Below, piece after piece: positions 27,803 through 35,488 of a stretch of 41,597 nucleotides of DNA; position 1 is the first letter of the stretch, and every line of letters begins with the position of its first letter. This DNA comes from a virus (Duplodnaviria > Caudoviricetes): positions 1 through 41,597 of the IMG/VR virus record IMGVR_UViG_3300037313_000280; one strand, given 5' to 3'. The notes beneath the pieces were generated by a model, which saw nothing but the letters and a program-made list of their open reading frames with translations, had not been told where the DNA came from and ran no database searches. The position numbers and the translations under genes were made by a program.

Positions 27803-27926
27803 TACGACTCTCTCATCGTGTGTCAGTAAGCAGCGTGCAACTTACCGAGTGTCGCCCTGTTTACCGCTTCGAGGAATCGCCAATCTTCGGCGTATCAAAA
27901 CAGTCCCGCCAATCTCCTTAAAAGGC

Positions 27927-27962
27927 TTGCGGAGTGTGGCGGGAAGTGGCACAGTCATGCCA
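27927..27962 (+). promoter_or_regulatory. early rightward promoter (TTGCGG-N17-CACAGT), probably leaderless, with a TGGCA-N6-TGCCA dyad over the -10
   Basis: -35 at 27927-32, -10 at 27950-55, ATG at 27962, dyad at 27947-62. Confidence 0.65.
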
Positions 27963-28192
27963 TGACCAGCCAAACACCGAGACGAGGCACCGAAGAAGGG
28001 GCGCACCTCGACCCGATCTTCATCTCCGTCAAACAAGCGGCGCGTCTCCTCAACCTCACGCCGTGGTCCGTCTACCAGCTTTGCGACGAGGGCACCCTCG
28101 AGTCCCAGTACTTCGGCAAGCGCCGGCTGGTGCGCCTGACCTCGGTCCGCGCCTTCGCCGACGGCCTGCCGACTGAGCGGGACGCGTCATGA
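27962..28192 (+). CDS. xis: excisionase-like HTH protein
   Basis: ISVKQAARLLNLTPWSVYQLCDEG.L.S..FGKRRLV. Confidence 0.85.
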   Translation: MTSQTPRRGTEEGAHLDPIFISVKQAARLLNLTPWSVYQLCDEGTLESQYFGKRRLVRLTSVRAFADGLPTERDAS

Positions 28193-28278
28193 GCGCCCCC
28201 AAGCCCACCCCGCGCGAGGTCGTCATCGCCCGCGTCGGCCAGCGCATCCCGGGCACTCCGAAGGTGGGTGCCGCATGA
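28189..28278 (+). CDS. 29-aa hypothetical protein
   Basis: ATGA overlaps at both ends. Confidence 0.55.
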   Translation: MSAPKPTPREVVIARVGQRIPGTPKVGAA

Positions 28279-28622
28279 CCGCCCAGCCCGCATTCGACTC
28301 GGTCGACAACTACACGGCCGACATCCTCGACCTCGTCGCCCTCGGCTCCCCCACCGGCACCGCTGACCGCGAGTGGGACTACTACGTCGACGCGCTCGCC
28401 ACGGTGGCTGCTCGTCACGCTGGCCTGATCCCGCCGAACGAGCTGCGGCCCCTGGTGCGCGGCCACGTTGCCCCGAAGCGCGTCGGTGCCTTTGCGCACC
28501 GGGCGATGGCTCGTGGGCTGGTTCGCCGCACGGGTGACTGGCAAGTGTCCGATGACCACGAGGGCAAGAACGTCGGGAAGCCTGTCCCGGTTTTGGAGTG
28601 GCTCGGCGGTGACGCGGCATGA
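28275..28622 (+). CDS. hypothetical (possible winged-helix) protein
   Basis: Translationally coupled in the early operon; S.D..G.N.GKP motif. Confidence 0.7.
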   Translation: MTAQPAFDSVDNYTADILDLVALGSPTGTADREWDYYVDALATVAARHAGLIPPNELRPLVRGHVAPKRVGAFAHRAMARGLVRRTGDWQVSDDHEGKNVGKPVPVLEWLGGDAA

Positions 28623-28813
28623 GCATCGAGCACCAGGCCGCCCGCTTCCTTGCCGACATCGCCGTCGCCCTTGAGTCGGTGAAGTCAGGGCGGACCACTT
28701 ACGGCGAGCTCTACGTCATCGAGGTCCACATCGGCTTCGACGGCGCGGACGCAGGGTTGCGTGTCGTCGCGAATGAGCACGGCGGCTATGACATCGCGGA
28801 GGTGGAGTCATGA
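28619..28813 (+). CDS. hypothetical protein
   Basis: ATGA coupling. Confidence 0.65.
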   Translation: MSIEHQAARFLADIAVALESVKSGRTTYGELYVIEVHIGFDGADAGLRVVANEHGGYDIAEVES

Positions 28814-28971
28814 CCCTCCACCCGTCCACCGCCCAGGCCCTCCTCGACTTCATCGCCGACGACCCCCGAGGCCTCAACTTCGAGCCCCTTGCCGCCCGCC
28901 TCAACTGCGACCCGACCCTCGAGTCAGTCACGGCGGCGCTGCGGGTGGTCGCTGGGAGGGAAGCGGCATGA
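28810..28971 (+). CDS. 53-aa hypothetical protein
   Basis: ATGA coupling at both ends; MTLHPSTAQALLDF... Confidence 0.6.
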   Translation: MTLHPSTAQALLDFIADDPRGLNFEPLAARLNCDPTLESVTAALRVVAGREAA

Positions 28972-29153
28972 GTCAGCAGCAGCGAGCGATCTACCGCCTC
29001 CTGTTGGAGCACGAGTACGTCGTCCACCACAGCACCGGGGCCATCTGCGTCTGCGGATTCGTCCCGACCGTTCTCCCGAGTGCCCTGGCGACGCAGCAGG
29101 ACTACCACCGAGGCCACGTCGCGTCGGTTCTGGCCGAAGCGATCTCCCGGTGA
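28968..29153 (+). CDS. hypothetical His/Cys protein
   Basis: H...CVCG...H..H pattern; ATGA coupling. Confidence 0.65.
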   Translation: MSQQQRAIYRLLLEHEYVVHHSTGAICVCGFVPTVLPSALATQQDYHRGHVASVLAEAISR

Positions 29154-29286
29154 CCGCCCGGCTCGCCACCCCCTGACCCCTCGGCGCGCGATTCGACCCC
29201 GCGCGTCGAGGACCACACGAAAAGAACGAACGCCCGTCCACCGCCAAGCAGCCGGGCGCTCGCAAACCTACGGAGGAGATCATTCC

Positions 29287-29781
29287 ATGACACTCAATGA
29301 CTTCCAGCCCATCGAAGGCGCTGCCGGTGACTGGAACCGCGACCGCGAAGACGGCGTGCGAATCCTGAATGAGGAGAACCAGGCCGAGATCGAGTCCCTG
29401 TTCATGGGCCACAAGGTGTCGAAGGTCGACGGCGAGCACCTGCTGCTCGACAACGGCACGGCCATCAAGGCCATCGGCCACGACGGCGGTTGTGCATGCT
29501 CGGCTGGCTGCTACGACCTGTCTGTCCTCAATGGCGTCGACAACATCATCACGCGCGTCGAGTTCGACTACCGGCCCGCTGGCGACGGCGAGTACCCCGC
29601 ATTCGACGAAGGCGACCCGGATGCGCCCGAGGACGAATGGACCGGCTACTACCGGGTGTTCGTGTTCGCCGATGACCAGCGCGTCAACCTGATGCAGTTC
29701 GACGGATCGGACGGGAACGGCTACTACGGAACCGGCTTCGAGATCCTCGTGCGTGACGTGACGAGCGAGGTCTCCCGATGA
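29287..29781 (+). CDS. conserved phage protein with GGCAC and GNGYYG motifs
   Basis: GGAGGAG RBS; acidic, 164 aa. Confidence 0.75.
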   Translation: MTLNDFQPIEGAAGDWNRDREDGVRILNEENQAEIESLFMGHKVSKVDGEHLLLDNGTAIKAIGHDGGCACSAGCYDLSVLNGVDNIITRVEFDYRPAGDGEYPAFDEGDPDAPEDEWTGYYRVFVFADDQRVNLMQFDGSDGNGYYGTGFEILVRDVTSEVSR

Positions 29782-29975
29782 ACCTCGCCCACACCCCAGA
29801 CCCCCTGCACAACTGCAACTCGGTCGCCATCCACCGCTCGTTCGCCGCCACCATCGTCCGCAACACCGCCCGACCAACCGAGGGCCGCCACAAGTCGAGC
29901 TGGCCCGGCAAGTACGGCGAGGCAGACATCCCGTTCTGCTGCCCGAAGCACCGGGCGGAGGTGCAGGCGGCATGA
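29778..29975 (+). CDS. hypothetical protein
   Basis: ATGA coupling. Confidence 0.6.
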   Translation: MNLAHTPDPLHNCNSVAIHRSFAATIVRNTARPTEGRHKSSWPGKYGEADIPFCCPKHRAEVQAA

Positions 29976-30493
29976 CGCGCGAGTGGAAGCCGGGCGACGT
30001 GGCGCTGGTGCGCTGCGATACGTCCGAGTGGCACCCAGCCCTGCGAGTCAAGGGCAGGCCGGGCAAGGAAGACGTGTGGGTCTGCTCGGCAAGCGGTGGC
30101 GAGCCATCACTACACGTTACCGAGGCGCATCCCGTTGTCGTCATCGACGCCGAGGACATCAAGCAGGTCGAGCGGCTGGTCCACCTGTACGTCGAAGAGG
30201 GCACTCGACGGGGCTATCCGATGCCGAGTCACCAGGACGCTGACCGGATCGAAGCGATGGCCGACGCCCTCCGCGAGTTCGCCGACCCGAAGCCGCCGAA
30301 GCCTGAGGAGCCGACCGGGCTCGGGGCTGTTGTTGAGGCCGAGGATGGCCGTCACTTCATTCGCACCAGCAAAACCGACTTCCCGTGGGTCCTCGCAAGC
30401 AACCCGGCTAGCAACGCCTTCCATTGGTCGAAGTACGGAGCGCTCGACGGCTCAGAGCCTGCCCTCATCCTCTCCGAGGGGGTGCAGGCATGA
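29972..30493 (+). CDS. hypothetical protein
   Basis: WKPGDVA start and PEEPTGLGAVV motif; coupled. Confidence 0.7.
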   Translation: MTREWKPGDVALVRCDTSEWHPALRVKGRPGKEDVWVCSASGGEPSLHVTEAHPVVVIDAEDIKQVERLVHLYVEEGTRRGYPMPSHQDADRIEAMADALREFADPKPPKPEEPTGLGAVVEAEDGRHFIRTSKTDFPWVLASNPASNAFHWSKYGALDGSEPALILSEGVQA

Positions 30494-30660
30494 CCACCGC
30501 CACCGACCTCCTCCGCCAAGCCCGCGCCTACCTCGACCACGAGAAGTGGTGGGACGGACTCACCGACGAGCAGCGGGCCGAGCTGTCCCGCCGCCGCCAG
30601 ATCCTCGGCAGCCTCGACGACACCTACGCGCTGAACCGGCACGAGCGGTGGTCGGCATGA
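30490..30660 (+). CDS. hypothetical protein
   Basis: ATGA coupling. Confidence 0.6.
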   Translation: MTTATDLLRQARAYLDHEKWWDGLTDEQRAELSRRRQILGSLDDTYALNRHERWSA

Positions 30661-30908
30661 GCTCCTGCACGTGTGGTGCGTCGTGGACCGGCCTCCGTAT
30701 CGAGCACTGCGGCGCGTGCCACCAGTCCTTCACTGGGACCTCTGCTGGTGATCGGCACCGCGTAGGCGAGCACCACGTCTTCGAGGGGCCGAAGCGTCGG
30801 CGCTGTCTCACCCCTGACGAGATGCGCGCCAAGGGCATGACCCAGAACGCGCGCGGTGTCTGGACCAACGGCGGCACATCGCCGTGGGCGAAGGGCGGGG
30901 CATCATGA
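30657..30908 (+). CDS. FDXHR-like zinc-binding protein
   Basis: CTCGASWTG...HCGACHQSF...GDRHR...C..P. Confidence 0.7.
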   Translation: MSSCTCGASWTGLRIEHCGACHQSFTGTSAGDRHRVGEHHVFEGPKRRRCLTPDEMRAKGMTQNARGVWTNGGTSPWAKGGAS

Positions 30909-31480
30909 CCGACTACGCAACCCAACACCGCTGGCAGAACCGCGTCCGGTGGAACATCGCCTACGCGCTCAACCGGCTTCCGCGCACCTGCTGGGCCAAC
31001 CTCGTCTCCTGGGCGATGCGCAGCCGACCGCTGATCGGCCGTCACGGCGACGGCGACATTCGACAGGACTGGATGTGCCGCCGTGACGCAGCGGACAACG
31101 GGCACTGCTACTGCGGGAAGTTGAGTCGCTCCGACCGTGGCGCCGCCGACATCCTCCAACTCTGCTCCGGCGCCCTCCTCATCGCCCTCCCCGCCGTCGC
31201 ACTCCTCGCTGGCTACACGGGCCACCCGATCATCTGCACAGTCCTCGCGACCGTGTGCGTGATGGTCGGCGGCGCGGTTCTCGTCGGCCGGGCGATCGCG
31301 TTCGGCATGGGCCCACACGAGGATGACGCATGGGAGGCCCACGTTGCCGACGCGATCGACCTGGCGACGTTGCCCTTGGCTAAGCGAGTGGCTGCCGACA
31401 TGGCGCGCGACATCGACGGCGAGTGGCTGGGGCTGGCTGAGGTGCCGGTGCGGGAGTGGCCGGGGTGGGGTGTCGTATGA
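30905..31480 (+). CDS. Cys-motif domain fused to a membrane segment
   Basis: CWANLVSW...C..D....G.CYCGK, then two hydrophobic helices. Confidence 0.65.
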   Translation: MTDYATQHRWQNRVRWNIAYALNRLPRTCWANLVSWAMRSRPLIGRHGDGDIRQDWMCRRDAADNGHCYCGKLSRSDRGAADILQLCSGALLIALPAVALLAGYTGHPIICTVLATVCVMVGGAVLVGRAIAFGMGPHEDDAWEAHVADAIDLATLPLAKRVAADMARDIDGEWLGLAEVPVREWPGWGVV

Positions 31481-31752
31481 GTGATCGACACATCGCCGAG
31501 ATATACGCGGCCAAGCGCCAGGGCTACCTGATCGCACTGAACCTCTGGCATGAGGCAGACCCTGACCATTGTGGCGGCGAGTGCTTTCGCGAGAGCGACA
31601 TCCAGCTCGCGCTCGCCCGCGTCACTCCCCCTGATGTGACACCCGACCCAGCCCGACCACCCCTGTCCCCCGTCGACCCCGCGGCCTACGACTGGCCGGA
31701 GCGGTTGCGGGATGAGGAGATCGCAGAGCGCGGCCGGGAGTGGTGGGCATGA
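31477..31752 (+). CDS. hypothetical protein
   Basis: ATGA coupling. Confidence 0.6.
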   Translation: MSDRHIAEIYAAKRQGYLIALNLWHEADPDHCGGECFRESDIQLALARVTPPDVTPDPARPPLSPVDPAAYDWPERLRDEEIAERGREWWA

Positions 31753-32564
31753 GCCTGACCGTCTACTCCGACCTCGAGCAGCGATCCGACGAGTGGTACG
31801 CGGCTCGATGCGGGATTGTCACGGCGTCGGTCGTCGGCAAGCTCATCAGCACCGGTGCGCCAGAGGCCATCACGGTCGCCTGTGAGACGTGCGCCGCCCC
31901 TGCCGGGAGTCCGTGCATCAGTGCGGCTCGGAAGACGCCCACGCCGATCAAGACCTTCCACGACGCCCGGGCAGCCAAGGCCGCCGACCTGCCGCCCGTC
32001 TACTCAGTCGCTGACAACGACACGTCTCGAGCCATCACAAACGCCTTGGTTGCTGAGCGCGTCACCGGTTTCACCGAGGACACGCCCATGAGCAGGGACA
32101 TGTATCGGGGAGTCTGGTCCGAACCGCTGGCCCGCGACCTCTACAGCGGCCACTACCACGAGGCCATCGAGTGCGGATTCATGCGCCGAGACGAGCCGGG
32201 ATGGACCCTCGGTTACAGCCCGGACGGCCTCGTGGGCGACGACGGACTGATCGAAATCAAGGCGCCGCGGTCAAAGACGCAACTCCTGACCGTGATCTCA
32301 GACGAAGTGCCAACCGCCCACATGGCCCAGTGCCAAGCCGGCCTCTTGGTTTCTGGTCGGAAGTGGATCGACTTCGTCTCCTACGTCGGCGGCATGCACG
32401 TCTACGTCAAGCGCGTCTACCCCGACCCTGCCTGGTTCGCGGCCATTGAGGCCGCCTGCCGCTCTTTCGAAACCACTGCGACTGCGCTGGTCGCCGACTA
32501 CCGCGAGCGCGTGGTCGGCCTCCCTGTTGCGCCCCGCATCGACTTCGACCTGGAAGTGATCTGA
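31749..32564 (+). CDS. YqaJ / lambda-type exonuclease with a zinc-finger insertion
   Basis: EQRSDEW..ARCG.VTAS, G...EP.AR..Y, SPDGLV, IEIKAP, QCQ..L.VSGR.W.DFVSY. Confidence 0.92.
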   Translation: MSLTVYSDLEQRSDEWYAARCGIVTASVVGKLISTGAPEAITVACETCAAPAGSPCISAARKTPTPIKTFHDARAAKAADLPPVYSVADNDTSRAITNALVAERVTGFTEDTPMSRDMYRGVWSEPLARDLYSGHYHEAIECGFMRRDEPGWTLGYSPDGLVGDDGLIEIKAPRSKTQLLTVISDEVPTAHMAQCQAGLLVSGRKWIDFVSYVGGMHVYVKRVYPDPAWFAAIEAACRSFETTATALVADYRERVVGLPVAPRIDFDLEVI

Positions 32565-32565
32565 C

Positions 32566-33147
32566 ATGCCCGACATCAGCGAGACGCTCGCGCCGAACTC
32601 GAACCAGCTCGACAACATCGACCTGCGCGGGGGGCCGCCGCGGGTCTTCACCGTCACCAAGGTTGACGTTCGAATCGGCGCAGACCAGCCCGTGTCCGTC
32701 CACCTCGCCGAGTTTGACCGCCCCTGGAAGCCCGGGAAGAACATGCGGCGCGTCTTGGCTCACTGCTGGGGCAGGGAGTCTGACAACTGGATCGGCAGGC
32801 GGGTCGAGTTGTTCGCCGACGAGAAGGTGAAGTTCGGCAACGACACGCCCGGCGGGACTCGGATCTCTCGACTCTCGCACATTGACGGCACCCAACATGC
32901 ACCGATCCTCGTCAGCCAGGGCAAGCCGGGCACCTACAAGGTCGACCCGCTGCCGGAGGCTGCCCCCGCGCTCACCGACGCCATGATCGCCTGCGCCACC
33001 GACCTGGCACGGCTCGGCGACTGGTGGAAGCAGAACCCGGCCCAACGTGCAGCGATCGAGGCGCGCGTGGCTGAGATCAAGGCCGCCGACACCCTGCCGG
33101 TCGACGTCGCTCCGTCCGCTGAGGAGCCAGCAGGGGGTGCGGTGTGA
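32566..33147 (+). CDS. exonuclease partner, putative ssDNA-binding/annealing protein
   Basis: Position right after exo; P.S.QL...D, PWKP.K.MRRVL..CWG, W.GR.V.L..D..V.FG...GG.RI..LSHI. Confidence 0.7.
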   Translation: MPDISETLAPNSNQLDNIDLRGGPPRVFTVTKVDVRIGADQPVSVHLAEFDRPWKPGKNMRRVLAHCWGRESDNWIGRRVELFADEKVKFGNDTPGGTRISRLSHIDGTQHAPILVSQGKPGTYKVDPLPEAAPALTDAMIACATDLARLGDWWKQNPAQRAAIEARVAEIKAADTLPVDVAPSAEEPAGGAV

Positions 33148-33677
33148 GCGAGCCGCTCGTCCCGCTGGGGCATTTCACGAACTGGCTCGCACGCGGCGAG
33201 CGCGGAATCTCGTCCGAGGCCATCGTCTCGCGCCTAACCGGCTCTCAGGTAGGGCGCACGCATTGGGGAAGCACGTACCCGCACGATCCTGCCGACTTCC
33301 GCCGCTGCCAACTGCTGCTCAAGTCGCACCCGCTGGCCGAGCTCACCTTCCAGGCCATGCGCGACGTTTCTCCTCAGTGGGCGCGTCTCGTCGATGCGTG
33401 GGAGGAGATCCATGCTGCGATCGAGGCCGAGGCCCCCGGATACCTAGGCAAGGTCTCCGGGGCGGCACCGAAGGCGTACCGGCTCATGCGCCGGATCATT
33501 GAGGACGGCGCGATCTGCGACCCATGCGAAGGCACCGGACGCGGTGAGATCTGCTCGAAGTGCAAGGGCAGTGGTCGTCGAGGTGGCGGACGCTGTAGAG
33601 CAGACAACTGCTACCGGGGCTATGGCCTCTGCCCGGCTTGTCGTGGCGTCGGGTTCACCAAGAGCGAAGCCGCATGA
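33144..33677 (+). CDS. protein with a C-terminal DnaJ-like zinc finger
   Basis: N-terminal GERGISS...P.DP.DF.RC; four CxxCxGxG-type repeats. Confidence 0.75.
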   Translation: MSEPLVPLGHFTNWLARGERGISSEAIVSRLTGSQVGRTHWGSTYPHDPADFRRCQLLLKSHPLAELTFQAMRDVSPQWARLVDAWEEIHAAIEAEAPGYLGKVSGAAPKAYRLMRRIIEDGAICDPCEGTGRGEICSKCKGSGRRGGGRCRADNCYRGYGLCPACRGVGFTKSEAA

Positions 33678-33997
33678 GCACCGCCACTTCGGGCCGCGCC
33701 CGCGAGCACAAGATCCGCGACCTGTTCATCGACGCCGGCTGGCTCCTTGTGGCCCGCTCGGCAGGGTCGAAGGGTGCCGCCGACCTCGTGATGGTCCACC
33801 CGTTCTTCGGGCTCGCTTTGATCCAGGTCGGGACCGCGAACAAGACCCTCGGTCCCGACGACCGCAACCGCTTCGTCACCCTCGCCGAAGCCTGCGGGGC
33901 GATGGCGCTGCTCGTCTCCTGCGCGCCCCGAGTCGCTCCCGTGTGCTGGCAGGTGACCCGGGATGTGCCGAGCAAGTGGGAGAGGTGGTCGCTGTGA
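33674..33997 (+). CDS. Holliday-junction resolvase-like PD-(D/E)xK nuclease (Hjc-like)
   Basis: G.ARE......GW...RSAGSKG.ADL...IQV. Confidence 0.75.
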   Translation: MSTATSGRAREHKIRDLFIDAGWLLVARSAGSKGAADLVMVHPFFGLALIQVGTANKTLGPDDRNRFVTLAEACGAMALLVSCAPRVAPVCWQVTRDVPSKWERWSL

Positions 33998-34257
33998 CCC
34001 TCCACACCTGCGGCGCAGACCACCAGGACAACGTCGTCGCCCGCGCCCTCTGCGAGTTCGAGGGAGCCATCGCCGCCGAACTCGTCGCCCACGCCGACCG
34101 CTACGGGATCGACGCCGTAGCAGCTCGCGACCTGTGGGCACACCTGCGCGACATCAACGACGACGGAGCCAACGCCTACCGACTCGCCAGGAAGGTCATG
34201 GCACTCGGATGGCGACCCACGAACGGACTCGCCTGCAACCCCAAGGATCCAACATGA
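33994..34257 (+). CDS. hypothetical protein
   Basis: GTGA/ATGA coupling. Confidence 0.65.
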   Translation: MTLHTCGADHQDNVVARALCEFEGAIAAELVAHADRYGIDAVAARDLWAHLRDINDDGANAYRLARKVMALGWRPTNGLACNPKDPT

Positions 34258-34529
34258 TCACCGACATCCTCAACTGGGCCGCCACCATCCCCGCATGGAT
34301 GACCAAGGCCAGCTGCTCCACCGGCGACGTCCTCGGCCCTGACGCCTGGTTCCCGACCACCGCACAGCAAGCCGAGCTCCCGAAGCAGATCTGCACCGAC
34401 TGCCCCGTGCGCCAGAAGTGCCTCGAGTTCGCCTTCGAGATCGGCGACCTCGACAACGGCATCTATGGCGGGCTGACGGCTCGGGAGCGTCGGGCGCTGG
34501 TTCGGAAGGGGAAGCACGATGCTGCCTGA
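34254..34529 (+). CDS. whiB: WhiB-family Fe-S transcription factor
   Basis: W...A.C...WFP...K.IC..CPV...C...GIYGGLT..ER. Confidence 0.93.
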   Translation: MITDILNWAATIPAWMTKASCSTGDVLGPDAWFPTTAQQAELPKQICTDCPVRQKCLEFAFEIGDLDNGIYGGLTARERRALVRKGKHDAA

Positions 34530-35142
34530 CGATCCGCGGCACGGAACCACGGCCGGCCACAAGGCGCATCGCCGCGATGGAGAGAAAGCATGCGCACCGT
34601 GCGTCGCAGCGAAGACCCGATACGAGAAGTCGCGCACGGTCTACGGCGCTCGAATGGTTCCCGCCATCGGCACGCGCCGTCGCATTCAAGCGCTGATGGC
34701 GATGGGGCACAGCGGAACCGTGATTGCGCAGGCCCTCGGCGTCACAGCTCAGGCGGTGCACAAGATCGAAACCGGCACGTCTCCCAGCGTCTTCGCAGCG
34801 ACCGCCGAACGAGTCGCCGAAGCCTACGAGCGGCTGTGCATGACGCTCCCTACCGGCTATCACCGAAACCGAGTCCGCAATAGGGCCGCGCGATTGGGGT
34901 ACGCCCCGCCGCTCGCCTGGGACAACATCGACGACCCCGGCGAGCGGCCGAATAGGGGATCTGACACCACGGTCGGCGGGGGTCTGCCCTGGCGCGAATT
35001 GCTCGACGAGTGGGACTTCCTGAGGAACGTCTGCTCACTGAGCGAACTCGACGCATTGGGCCGACTCGGCGTCACGTCAGACGCGATCAGAAGGGCCGAG
35101 AAGAAGCGGCATGCAGCTGAACTCAAGGAGTCCGCGGCATGA
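34519..35142 (+). CDS. HTH DNA-binding protein with an N-terminal His/Cys motif
   Basis: HGT..GH..HRR....C.PC; RRRIQAL.A.G HTH; PPLAWDNIDDP. Confidence 0.8.
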   Translation: MLPDDPRHGTTAGHKAHRRDGEKACAPCVAAKTRYEKSRTVYGARMVPAIGTRRRIQALMAMGHSGTVIAQALGVTAQAVHKIETGTSPSVFAATAERVAEAYERLCMTLPTGYHRNRVRNRAARLGYAPPLAWDNIDDPGERPNRGSDTTVGGGLPWRELLDEWDFLRNVCSLSELDALGRLGVTSDAIRRAEKKRHAAELKESAA

Positions 35143-35287
35143 TGCGTTTGCCCAGTTCAGGCGCCATTTTTAACCCCTCAGTGCGGTACACTGGCCTTGC
35201 CGCCTTGACCGCAAACAGGGCGGCCCGAGCGACCGCCGCAAAACGGTCCTCGGGCCTGACCGACCAACTGATTAGGAGTGATCGGTA

Positions 35288-35488
35288 GTGAGCATTCTGC
35301 CACCAACCGAGGGCGTGGCAACACCGCCCGACTCAACCTGCACTGACCCGCACGTTGACGGATGCCCGCGTTGCGTCCTCAACGTCGAGGAGCCCATCTA
35401 CCTCGTGCGCGTCGAGGGCGGATGCGACGCCGCCTACGTCTGCACTGACTGCAAGCACTCCTGGGAAACGGCTTGGGGGTGCCGCTAG
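35288..35488 (+). CDS. small Zn-ribbon protein
   Basis: CPRC...YVCTDCKHSW; AGGAG RBS. Confidence 0.65.
   Translation: MSILPPTEGVATPPDSTCTDPHVDGCPRCVLNVEEPIYLVRVEGGCDAAYVCTDCKHSWETAWGCR

Noticed and set aside
24743-27827. Identical 13-mer ATCGTGTGTCAGT at 24743 (attP arm) and 27815 (upstream of the repressor)
   Set aside because: Suggestive of Int binding near the repressor promoter, but several 13-bp matches are expected by chance in 41 kb. Not supportable without footprinting.
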